From an uncultured Acidimicrobiales bacterium (GTDB lineage Bacteria; Actinomycetota; Acidimicrobiia; Acidimicrobiales; SZUA-35), in contig CAWDOA010000009.1 in NCBI GenBank assembly GCA_963803875.1, positions 26,216-90,215 of the forward strand: a stretch of DNA of 64,000 nucleotides, given 5' to 3'. A program made the position numbers and the translations under genes. Positions 49,020-57,780 of the stretch are shown piece by piece (within the stretch, counting starts at the first letter, position 1; each line of letters begins with the position of its first letter). The notes under the pieces are model-generated. The model saw only the letters and a program-made list of their open reading frames with translations. It searched no databases and was not told the DNA's origin.

Positions 49020-50993
49020 TCAGCGTCGACCCTGTCGAACAAATCGCTCGCGACCAACGAGCGCAAAGAAACCAAGTGCTCCGGCCGCAGCGACGAGCAG
49101 ACCCGTCGTCGGATCCTCAGACCCGGGCAGGAGCCCGCTCGCTCCCGTGGGAATGCCAGTGGGCGGTGTTCCGAGGCCACCGATTCGCTGCAGGATCAAT
49201 CGCGGGGATCCGTCGCGCAGGAACGTCGCTGCCGTCACCTCACCTTCGGTGTTTGAAACAACCGTGGCGAGCAGCGGGGATCCGTCCTCTTCGGTGATGA
49301 AGAGCTGGTAGTCCCCGGTTGGGAGATCGCGGGATAGAACTGCGCCGGGCGCAATGGCCTGCCGTTGCACGGACGCACCCTCGGTCACAGGATCGAGAGT
49401 CACCAGAATCGTAGAAGGTGAGGGATTACGGACCGAAAACCGACCCTCTCCAGCAGCGATGGGACCCAGCGCGTCCGGGAAGCTGAAAAGGGTGACGCCC
49501 CCGGCGCCGGCGCTGGCAACGACCAGCGCTTCGGGTTCACCGGTAATCTGCACTTCCTGGGCCAGCAGAACGTCATCGGTTCGATCAGCGGCCAAGACCG
49601 TAGGGTTCTCAACCGCGGAGAACAGTTGTAGGTCGTAATCGCCCGAGTCCAGGCTAAGCGGGCCGGCGATCTCTCCCGGTGCGAAACCGCCGACGAGGAG
49701 GTCTCCGTTGAGGTAGGCGTCGACAGAGGGTTCGCTGAGTCCATGGATAATCTCGAGCCCTGCCTCAGAAGCAGGAACCGATGGTACTTCAGGCGGCGAA
49801 GGGACTGTCGTGGAAGGGACTGTCGTGGAAGGGGCTGTCGTGGAAGGGGCTGTCGTGGTGGTGGGCTCCGTAGTCACAGCAGTGCTCGACGTGTCAGTGG
49901 TGGTTACAGTTCCGGTCGACGCTGTAGTGGTGGAGGTGTCGACAGTGGTTTCGGTTGTGGTCGACGACGTCGGCGAAGTGGCAGTGGTGGTGGTGGCCGA
50001 CTCTCCGTTGCCGCTTGTGGCTGCGCCCCACAAACCGATCCCGATCACTCCAGCGAGCCCTGCTCCAACCAGCCATGGAAGCGCCCGACCCAAAACGCCC
50101 CGGCTCGCTTCAGCTGGAGCCGATACGGCAGCGGAAGTGGCTCTGGCGGCAACGACCGGGGGCACAGTGGTCTCGATCGCAGGCGCTGCGCCGAACAAGG
50201 GCGAGTCGGCGAAGCCCATCGGCGCGTAGGAGCGCATGACCCCAACACCCGCCGCACTCAGTCGCTCGGCCAAAACCCTGGCGGTGGAAATCCGTTCGCC
50301 TACCTCCTCCGCAGTCGCATCGGCAACGATCGCTACAATCTCGGCAGGTGTGTTCGGATCTCTGGCCGTACCGGCCTCGAGTAGGCGACCGAGGCTATAG
50401 ACATCTCCGGGAACGGTCGGAACTCCCGAAAGAGCGACTTCGGGGGCCATCGGGAGCCCGCTTTCGGGTGTGCCGCCAAGGCTCAATCCCATGCCCGCTA
50501 CTGCAATTTCTGATCCGGCGACGATCACGTCACTGGGCTGTAGCGCTCCGTGTCGAAGGCCAAGCGAGTGGCCTTTCTCGACTGCGAGGGTTGCTGCGAG
50601 AGCGACGCCTGCACCTTCGTTCCAGTTGGGTGGTGTCCGAAAGTCAAGCCGCTCTTGGAATCGGGGGGCATCGGTTCGTAAGGACACAGCGGTTGTCTCA
50701 CCCTTGAGGTCCTTGGTCACCGAGGCGATCGGAACCAGGCCACTGGTGTCGCGATCCTGGGTTGGAACTGTGAGAAGTAGGCGGTCTACGTGGTCTTGAC
50801 TCCAGCGTCCCGGCGGCACGGTCTGCACTGTGACCGGCGCTCGATCGTCGGGGGTGCCCGTACGGGGAGCTGCCACGCCATCGGCACGCCGGTACCCAAA
50901 CCATGGCTCGATCTCGACCAGATCGGCCACTTCGAGGTCGACCCCACCCCCTTCTGTGTTTTTGCGCTCCATTGGCTGGGCACTCCCGTCCAC
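49020..50993 (-). CDS. pseudokinase - TM - Thr/Pro linker - DUF4397-like repeats - C-terminal sortase sorting signal
   Basis: 657 aa. The N-terminal about 250 aa is collinear with Ser/Thr kinase subdomains but degenerate (LRHGALQPSDVIV for HRDLKPxN, VAGMGLS for DFG; MAPE and DVYSLG retained). Then TM LPWLVGAGLAGVIGIGLWGAA, a T/S/P-rich linker and two DUF4397-like modules. The tail is ...EDPTTG-LLVAAAGALGFFALVG-RERFVRQGRR. Confidence 0.7.
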   Translation of the reverse strand: MDGSAQPMERKNTEGGGVDLEVADLVEIEPWFGYRRADGVAAPRTGTPDDRAPVTVQTVPPGRWSQDHVDRLLLTVPTQDRDTSGLVPIASVTKDLKGETTAVSLRTDAPRFQERLDFRTPPNWNEGAGVALAATLAVEKGHSLGLRHGALQPSDVIVAGSEIAVAGMGLSLGGTPESGLPMAPEVALSGVPTVPGDVYSLGRLLEAGTARDPNTPAEIVAIVADATAEEVGERISTARVLAERLSAAGVGVMRSYAPMGFADSPLFGAAPAIETTVPPVVAARATSAAVSAPAEASRGVLGRALPWLVGAGLAGVIGIGLWGAATSGNGESATTTTATSPTSSTTTETTVDTSTTTASTGTVTTTDTSSTAVTTEPTTTTAPSTTAPSTTVPSTTVPSPPEVPSVPASEAGLEIIHGLSEPSVDAYLNGDLLVGGFAPGEIAGPLSLDSGDYDLQLFSAVENPTVLAADRTDDVLLAQEVQITGEPEALVVASAGAGGVTLFSFPDALGPIAAGEGRFSVRNPSPSTILVTLDPVTEGASVQRQAIAPGAVLSRDLPTGDYQLFITEEDGSPLLATVVSNTEGEVTAATFLRDGSPRLILQRIGGLGTPPTGIPTGASGLLPGSEDPTTGLLVAAAGALGFFALVGRERFVRQGRR

Positions 50994-51207
50994 ACCTCGC
51001 CTAACAACCTCTCAGAGTACATAGGAAACCGATACCACTCTCAGAGGCGAATCAACTCATGGAGTGGGATGTGGATCTTGTATTGCTCAGAAGCTCGTGA
51101 AGACACCGTTGGCTGCACGCAACGGCGTCGGTGGAGTTTGCGCGAGCCATTGGTCACAGTGGTAGTGTTGGACTTCGCGTCCACGATCTTAAAGGGGAAA
51201 GAAACGC

Positions 51208-52401
51208 ATGGCACAGGTAGTTCTCAAAGATGTCAACAAGGTTTATCCAAACGGCTATCACGCCATCATCGATCTGAACCTCGACATTGCTGATGGTGAG
51301 TTTCTTGTCCTCGTCGGCCCGTCGGGCTGTGGCAAGTCGACAGCCCTGCGTATGGTCGCCGGTTTGGAAGAAATCAGCGGTGGTGAGATGTACATCGGTG
51401 ACCGGATGGTCAACGACGTTCACCCCAAGGATCGCGACATCGCGATGGTCTTTCAGAACTACGCGCTCTACCCGCACATGACCGTGGCCGACAACATCGG
51501 CTTTGCGCTCAAACTGGCCAAAGTGCCCAAGCCCGAGATCGAAGAGCGTGTCCGCAAGGCCGCAGCTGTATTGGATCTAACCGAAAACCTCGACCGCAAG
51601 CCTGGCCAGCTCTCCGGCGGTCAGCGCCAGCGTGTGGCAATGGGACGAGCCATTGTTCGTCAGCCCAAAGCGTTCCTCATGGACGAGCCCCTCTCCAATC
51701 TCGACGCCAAGTTGCGGGTCCAGATGCGTGCCGAAATCGCCGGCCTGCAACGGGACCTGGGTGTCACCACCCTCTACGTCACGCACGATCAGGTGGAAGC
51801 CATGACAATGGGGGATCGCGTTGCTGTGCTCAAGCGCGGCTGGCTCCAGCAGGTGGACTCACCTCAGAATCTCTATGACAAGCCAGCCAATGTGTTTGTA
51901 GCCGGGTTCATTGGCTCCCCGTCGATGAACCTCATGGCATCTCGGATCGAAGGAGCCGGATCGGATCTCAAGGTCCATATCGGTAGCAACACCCTGGATC
52001 TCGATGCAGCCCTCGTTGCTGCGAATCCCGGCCTCGCAGACTTCGTCGGAAAAGACATCGTTGTTGGTGTTCGGCCAGAGGATCTCGCCGATGCCGAATT
52101 GGCCACCTCTCCGGTGCCCCAAGGAAGGACCATCACCAGCGAAACCACCCTCGTCGAAGCGTTGGGTTCGGAGATCATCGTCCACTTCCCGCTCGATGCA
52201 GAACCCTTCGCGATCATGGATGCTGAGTTCGAAGGCGAAGATGCCGTAGAACAGGCCAAGGACGATCAGGGTCGCACGATCTACGTCGCCCGATTGAGCC
52301 CTCGATCGCAAGCTCGTATGGGCGCTCGTCTTACCCTCAACGTCGACACGTCCAGGATGCACTTCTTCGACCCGCAAACGGGCCTGGCAATTCGCGGCTA
52401 A
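51208..52401 (+). CDS. sugar ABC transporter ATP-binding protein (MsiK/UgpC/MalK-like), stand-alone
   Basis: Walker A GPSGCGKST, LSGGQRQR, FLMDEPLSNLD, C-terminal TOBE/MalK regulatory domain. RBS AAAGGGGAAAG lies upstream. Confidence 0.9.
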   Translation: MAQVVLKDVNKVYPNGYHAIIDLNLDIADGEFLVLVGPSGCGKSTALRMVAGLEEISGGEMYIGDRMVNDVHPKDRDIAMVFQNYALYPHMTVADNIGFALKLAKVPKPEIEERVRKAAAVLDLTENLDRKPGQLSGGQRQRVAMGRAIVRQPKAFLMDEPLSNLDAKLRVQMRAEIAGLQRDLGVTTLYVTHDQVEAMTMGDRVAVLKRGWLQQVDSPQNLYDKPANVFVAGFIGSPSMNLMASRIEGAGSDLKVHIGSNTLDLDAALVAANPGLADFVGKDIVVGVRPEDLADAELATSPVPQGRTITSETTLVEALGSEIIVHFPLDAEPFAIMDAEFEGEDAVEQAKDDQGRTIYVARLSPRSQARMGARLTLNVDTSRMHFFDPQTGLAIRG

Positions 52402-52775
52402 TGGATGATGAGGCGACGGGCGTAAAGCTCGGACGCCTTGTCCGCAGAGCTCGCAACAAGTCATCTGAAACGAGCCTTGGTCTTAGGTCCAGGGCTCGTT
52501 CTGCATGGCGGGGAGGCGACAACAACCAATCACCCCGGATCGGTCGCGATAGCGCACCAGGCAGCGGCTCAGCCGAGGACTCATCGTTGGACGATTCCAT
52601 CGTGGTAGATATCGAGCTGAGTGACGCCTTGGCTCGCGCCGAGTACGCTGAAGCCGAGAACGAGCGGTTACGGTCAGAGCTCGAGCGCAAGGAAGATATC
52701 CTGGCCGAAGCAGGTATTGCGCTTCGAACCGCACGGCTTGCGCTGCGGGATCACCTGCGAATCACCCAGCGGTAG
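52401..52775 (+). CDS. hypothetical protein
   Basis: 124-aa ORF, start overlaps the upstream stop (TAATG). Low-complexity N-terminal half, helical C-terminal half (AEYAEAENERLRSELERKEDILAE). No family recognised. Confidence 0.35.
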   Translation: MDDEATGVKLGRLVRRARNKSSETSLGLRSRARSAWRGGDNNQSPRIGRDSAPGSGSAEDSSLDDSIVVDIELSDALARAEYAEAENERLRSELERKEDILAEAGIALRTARLALRDHLRITQR

Positions 52776-52817
52776 CCCCTAGGCTAGTGGCCGACCAAAC
52801 CAGGACAGAAAGGTCCC

Positions 52818-54095
52818 TTGCGAACCATCGCCCCGCTGCTTGGCCCACCCGACGTCACCGTTCGGATTCCGGGCTCAAAGAGCCACACCAACAGAGCGCT
52901 CATATGTGCTGCACTGGCGCCTGGAACCTCAGGCTTGGAAGGTGCGCTCTTCGCCGACGACACGATCGCCATGGTCGGGTCGTTGTTGAGTCTCGGACTG
53001 GCGGTTTGGGCTGACCCGGCCGGCCGCACAATCACCGTGATGAATCCTGATGGTTCAATTCCAGCGGGCCCCGCTGACCTCGACGTAGGAATGTCGGGCA
53101 CCACCAGCCGTTTCTTGCTTCCCGTGTTGTGCCTGGGGCAGGGTCCTTACCGGATGGATGGGGCCTATCAACTTCGGAATCGGCCGATCGCCGAGCTTGT
53201 TTCGAAACTGCGTGCGCTGGGTGCGACTATAGATGGGGATTCGTTGCCGCTTACCGTGCACGGAGGTGGGCTAAGCGGGGGTTCGGTGGTTGTACAGGGC
53301 TCGGTATCCAGTCAGTACTTGTCGGGCCTTCTCATGGCGGCACCGCGGACCAGTTCTGGACTCTATGTCCGGGTTGCGGGCGAATTGGTGTCCAAGCCCT
53401 ACGTTGAGTTGACGATCAAGACAATGGAGAAGTTCGGTGTTCGCGTTGATGTGGACCCCTCCTACCGTGAGTTCACCGTGCCGCCGGCTAACTACCGTCC
53501 CACCACCATCGCGATAGAACCAGACGCTTCGGCCGCGAGCTACTTCTTCGCCGCCGCTGCGATCACCGGTGGTCGCGTAAAGGTTGAGGGCCTTGGGTCC
53601 ACGACAACCCAAGGCGACCTAGGTTTTGTCCACTTGCTTCAACGAATGGGCGCTCGTGTCACGATGACAGCAGACAGTACCGAGGTCCGGGGGACCGGCG
53701 AACTGCATGGCATCAAAGTCGATATGCGCGATATCTCCGATACCGCTCAGACCCTCGCCATCGTCGCAACATTCGCCGATTCGCCGACTGAAATCACTGG
53801 TATTGGCTTCATCCGCCGAAAGGAAACAGATCGAATCGGCGCTGTAGTCAGTGAATTGTCGCGGCGGGGAATTCAAGCCGAGGAGATGCCTGAGGGCCTG
53901 ATCATCCATCCCGGGAACGCCAGGCCGGGAGTTGTGACCACCTACGAGGACCACCGAATGGCGATGAGTTTCGCATTGCTCGGCCTCAAACATCCCGGGA
54001 TCCAGATTCGCGACCCTGAGTGTGTCGCCAAGACTTTCCCAGATTTCTTCGACGTACTGGAAACTCTCCGGCCCGAGTCCGTCGGGATGGGTTGA
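52818..54095 (+). CDS. aroA: 3-phosphoshikimate 1-carboxyvinyltransferase (EPSP synthase)
   Basis: 425 aa. PGSKSHTNRALI, and RPI/ELV...LGA pattern across both domains. Confidence 0.93.
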   Translation: MRTIAPLLGPPDVTVRIPGSKSHTNRALICAALAPGTSGLEGALFADDTIAMVGSLLSLGLAVWADPAGRTITVMNPDGSIPAGPADLDVGMSGTTSRFLLPVLCLGQGPYRMDGAYQLRNRPIAELVSKLRALGATIDGDSLPLTVHGGGLSGGSVVVQGSVSSQYLSGLLMAAPRTSSGLYVRVAGELVSKPYVELTIKTMEKFGVRVDVDPSYREFTVPPANYRPTTIAIEPDASAASYFFAAAAITGGRVKVEGLGSTTTQGDLGFVHLLQRMGARVTMTADSTEVRGTGELHGIKVDMRDISDTAQTLAIVATFADSPTEITGIGFIRRKETDRIGAVVSELSRRGIQAEEMPEGLIIHPGNARPGVVTTYEDHRMAMSFALLGLKHPGIQIRDPECVAKTFPDFFDVLETLRPESVGMG

Positions 54096-54096
54096 G

Positions 54097-55140
54097 ATGC
54101 GTTTCGCTCGCCTCACTGCCCCTCGCGTACTCGAGATCGTCTCGACCGCCGATCCTTCACCCTTGCCGGGTCAGGTGGTCGTCGAGGTCGTTGCATGTGG
54201 AGTCGGGGGTTCAGACCGGCAGGCCTGGGAGGCCGGTGTCGCGTCCACGCCGTCGTGGTTCGGCCACGAATGGACGGGCCGGGTCGTCGCAATTGGCGAG
54301 GGAGTTGTCGGTCGTTTCGTAGGACAGCGCGTCGTAGCTGGAGTTTCGCCCCCATGTGGATCATGCCGGCCTTGCAGCGTGGGGCGGACGGCGAACTGCC
54401 AATCCGTGCTCGAGCAGATCGTCGGACTCGATGATCTCAGTGCCGGCCATGGAGGCTTTGCCACCTACACCGTTGCTGATGCTCGCAGGCTTGTCCCTGT
54501 CGACGAGGCCATTTCGTTTCCTGACGCCGCACTGATCGAACCCGCTTCGGTAGCCGCCCACGCCCTTCGTCGGAGCGGCATGATTTTTGGTGATGTGGTC
54601 GTGGTAATCGGTGGGGGAACCGTGGGGCTTCTCACCAGCGAAATGGCTCGAATCGCCGGAGCTGCGCACATCGCCTCGGTAGACACGTCGGTTGTTCGGA
54701 ACGAGCTTGCCTGCGATCTAGGTGTCGACGCGGCTTTCACAACCCTCGATGACAGTCTGCGGAACTGGATAGACGATCACACCGAGGGTTTGGGTGCCGA
54801 CGTCGTTTTCACCTGCGTCGACACAGCTGAGGCACTCTCGGCAGGACTCTCGCTGGTTTGTTCGGGGGGCGTAATCGTTGCTGTTGGGGTAGGGGACCGG
54901 ATCGACAATCTCTCGGTTACGTCTCTGTTGGCTCGAGAGGCAGATTTCCGAGTCTCGCTGGGATACTCCGCCGATGATGTCGGGCGGGTTCAGGCACTGA
55001 TGCGTCAGGACCGTTTGAAGGTCCGCCCATTGCGACAACAGGGCACACGGTCCTCGCTCGAGGACCTGGCAGCAATTCTCGAAGCTGGGATCCAGCCGAC
55101 GGAGGGTCCGCCGAAGGTTCTGGTTCTGCCCAATAGCTGA
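54097..55140 (+). CDS. zinc-dependent alcohol/threonine dehydrogenase family oxidoreductase
   Basis: Start ATG 54097, 2 nt after the aroA stop. Zinc ligand context CGVGGSD...GHEWTGRV, structural Cys cluster CGSCRPC, Rossmann GGGTVGL. Confidence 0.85.
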   Translation: MRFARLTAPRVLEIVSTADPSPLPGQVVVEVVACGVGGSDRQAWEAGVASTPSWFGHEWTGRVVAIGEGVVGRFVGQRVVAGVSPPCGSCRPCSVGRTANCQSVLEQIVGLDDLSAGHGGFATYTVADARRLVPVDEAISFPDAALIEPASVAAHALRRSGMIFGDVVVVIGGGTVGLLTSEMARIAGAAHIASVDTSVVRNELACDLGVDAAFTTLDDSLRNWIDDHTEGLGADVVFTCVDTAEALSAGLSLVCSGGVIVAVGVGDRIDNLSVTSLLAREADFRVSLGYSADDVGRVQALMRQDRLKVRPLRQQGTRSSLEDLAAILEAGIQPTEGPPKVLVLPNS

Positions 55141-55164
55141 AACTGAAGATGAGTTACTGGTTCG

Positions 55165-56619
55165 CTAGGTTCGCTTGCTCGGCCCGATGGGGGTTTGCTG
55201 GGTGGTGGCGCGAAGGGCATCGAGGAAGGACTCGGCCCAGCGAGTGGCGTGGTTTGCCTCAACTTTTGCTCGCATGGCCGCCATTCTTTGTCTGGCCTCT
55301 GCGTCTGGCATAGCCACAGCGCGCAGTAGCGCCGCCTTCACTCCATCGATGTCGTAAGGGTTCACAATTAGAGCTTCGGTGAGCTCTTCGGCCGCCCCAG
55401 CGAACTCGGACAACACCAGAACCCCGGTGTCGTCGAATCGTGTTGCGACGTACTCCTTGGCGACCAGATTCATTCCATCGCGCAGCGGAGTCACGATCAT
55501 GACATCTGCGCTTCGGTACAACGACATGAGCTCATCAAAATCTCGGCTCTGATGGATGTAGTGCACGGGTGTGAGTCCCACCCGGGCGAAGTCGCCGTTG
55601 ATCTCCCCCACGAGTTGCTGGACTCGCTCCCGTAGGGCGACGTAGGCGTCGACGTTGTCTCTCGATGGTTCGGCGACTTGTATGAGAATCACTTCGCCCG
55701 GCGCGAAGTGCTCCTCGAACAGCAATTCCTTGAACGCTCGGAGCCGTACATCTATGCCCTTGGTGTAATCGAGCCGGTCAACGCCGAGGAGAACGGCCTT
55801 GGGGTTGCCGAGTCGCTCTCTGACTGCGGCTGCTCGTTCTTTGATCTCGGGTCTGTCGGCCCCGGTGCTGTAGCGCTCCACATCGATTCCGATGGGAAAC
55901 GCACTGACGTGAACGGTGCGTCCGTTGCGGGACAGCTCGTTGTAGCTGCTGGATGTGACAAGATCGAGCGAGGTGGCCAGACGGGAGAAGTTCTTTGCTC
56001 CTTTCGATGTTTGGAACCCGAGGAGATCTGCACCGAGAAGACCTGTAGTGAGTTCGTCTCTCCACGGGATCTGCTGAAACAACTCGGGCGGAGGAAACGG
56101 TATATGTAAGAAGAACCCGATCGTCAGGTCAGGTCGTTGAGCGCGAAGGTATCCAGGCACCAACTGAAGCTGGTAGTCGTGGATCCAGACGGTTGCGTTT
56201 TGGGCCGCGGTGCGCGCAACCTCGTCGGCGAAGCGCCGGTTGATCCGCCGGTAACCGTCGTACCAGTGGCGATGAAACTCAGCAGGCTCGACTTTGTCGT
56301 GGTAGAGCGGCCACAAGGTCCCGTTGGACATGCCCTCGTAGTGAAGAGCGTGTTCTTCGACGCTCACCGGCACAGGCACCAGACGCATTCCATCGTGAGT
56401 GAACGGCTCGACCGGACCCTCGAAATCCCCTGGCCAGCCGACCCATGCAAATCGGTTGCGATCGGCCAGAACAGGCGCCACAGCCGAGACCAGTCCTCCT
56501 GGTGATACCACCCATTCAGGACCCTCGCCGTCCTCGGATTGCACGCGCCGAATCGGCAACCGATTGGCTACTACCACCAGATCAGCGGTGAGATCGCTTC
56601 GTCGCTCGGGAATGGTCAT
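55165..56619 (-). CDS. otsA: alpha,alpha-trehalose-phosphate synthase (GT20)
   Basis: Start at ATG 56619 ([22 protein letters not shown]). WIHDYQL and GT20 C-terminal nucleotide-sugar binding pattern. Confidence 0.92.
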   Translation of the reverse strand: MTIPERRSDLTADLVVVANRLPIRRVQSEDGEGPEWVVSPGGLVSAVAPVLADRNRFAWVGWPGDFEGPVEPFTHDGMRLVPVPVSVEEHALHYEGMSNGTLWPLYHDKVEPAEFHRHWYDGYRRINRRFADEVARTAAQNATVWIHDYQLQLVPGYLRAQRPDLTIGFFLHIPFPPPELFQQIPWRDELTTGLLGADLLGFQTSKGAKNFSRLATSLDLVTSSSYNELSRNGRTVHVSAFPIGIDVERYSTGADRPEIKERAAAVRERLGNPKAVLLGVDRLDYTKGIDVRLRAFKELLFEEHFAPGEVILIQVAEPSRDNVDAYVALRERVQQLVGEINGDFARVGLTPVHYIHQSRDFDELMSLYRSADVMIVTPLRDGMNLVAKEYVATRFDDTGVLVLSEFAGAAEELTEALIVNPYDIDGVKAALLRAVAMPDAEARQRMAAMRAKVEANHATRWAESFLDALRATTQQTPIGPSKRT

Positions 56620-56638
56620 CTTTTCGAACCGAGCCCTT

Positions 56639-57046
56639 CTATCCCTGGGCCAACACAGAGCCGAGGAACATGACGGTAAGACTGAACAACAAACCAAGCG
56701 CACCGGTTACCGCAATCACGGGACGCTTTGTGCTTCGGGCGTGGGCCACCGCCGACGCTCCGGCGGCTATATAGAACAGGAATTTGATGCCGAACGTCAC
56801 GTTATAAGCGGTGGACGAAGTGCTGTCGCGGACAATGAGGCCCCAGACCCCGGTGATGAGCGCCAGCCCAAACGCGGGCCACGCAACCCGAGCGAAACCG
56901 TTTGCCAACGTCTTGGTTCCCTCGCTGCCGCTGGACTTTCGCAGGGCTGGAACGACGCCGGCAACAACGATTTGTCCCCCGACCCAGACACCGGCAGCGA
57001 GAACGTGCAAAAAGACCCGAAAAGAGTCGAGCGTGGGGGCGATCAT
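56639..57046 (-). CDS. hypothetical 4-TM membrane protein
   Basis: 135 aa with four hydrophobic helices. No recognisable motif. Confidence 0.5.
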   Translation of the reverse strand: MIAPTLDSFRVFLHVLAAGVWVGGQIVVAGVVPALRKSSGSEGTKTLANGFARVAWPAFGLALITGVWGLIVRDSTSSTAYNVTFGIKFLFYIAAGASAVAHARSTKRPVIAVTGALGLLFSLTVMFLGSVLAQG

Positions 57047-57049
57047 GAT

Positions 57050-57685
57050 CTACCGCCGAAGGAGCCTTCCGAGCATGGCTCCCAGACCAGACTTGCTGGG
57101 TGCGGATGCAGCGGATCCACCGGACATCTTTCCCGCTAGTGCCGTGAGATCGTCGAGGTCCAAACCATCACCGTCTGAATCGAGAATGGCTGCGAGCCCT
57201 CCAAGGCCGGGAGACTTCTGCTCGACTCGTTGGCGTTGCTGTCCAAGCATCGAACCCAGGTCGGCTGGGCCCATGTTGTTGGCCTTCTTCTGCTTGCTCA
57301 GGTAACCCATGACCAGCGGTGCAAGAATTGGCAGGAGCTTGGTGACTGCGCCAAGATCGAGGCCGCTCTGCTGGGCGAGCTTCTGCTCGACAGCAGGTCG
57401 TTTCTGTCCGAGCACGTGGCCGAGGATGCCTTCTCCGGCCCCACCGCCACCCAACAGGTCTCCGAGCTGTCCAAAGACCCCCTCGTCGTGATCCTCGAGC
57501 GCATTGGCGAGGCTCTGGGCGCCGTCGGCCCGCTGGGCGTTGTTCGCCATTCCGCCGAGAATTGCGGGAAGCGCCATACCTACTGCAGAGGACGCAGCGC
57601 CCTCGTCGACGCCGAGGCCAGACGCAATCTGGGAAAGGCCTCCAGAGCCCAGCTGAGAGAGGATTCCTTCAAGTACATCTGACAT
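57050..57685 (-). CDS. DUF937-like Gly/Ala-rich protein
   Basis: Start at ATG 57685 (MSDVLEGILSQLGSGGLSQIASGLGVDEG...). Repeated ...LGG/GLG... helical hairpin pattern typical of DUF937. Confidence 0.6.
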   Translation of the reverse strand: MSDVLEGILSQLGSGGLSQIASGLGVDEGAASSAVGMALPAILGGMANNAQRADGAQSLANALEDHDEGVFGQLGDLLGGGGAGEGILGHVLGQKRPAVEQKLAQQSGLDLGAVTKLLPILAPLVMGYLSKQKKANNMGPADLGSMLGQQRQRVEQKSPGLGGLAAILDSDGDGLDLDDLTALAGKMSGGSAASAPSKSGLGAMLGRLLRR

Positions 57686-57780
57686 GTGAGTGTCCGTTTC
57701 GCGTAGCCCTGCGGGGAGTGAGTGCCCCGGTCCCGGTGGGACTCGAACAAGCCTACCCAGGTGGGACGGGACACACTTCT

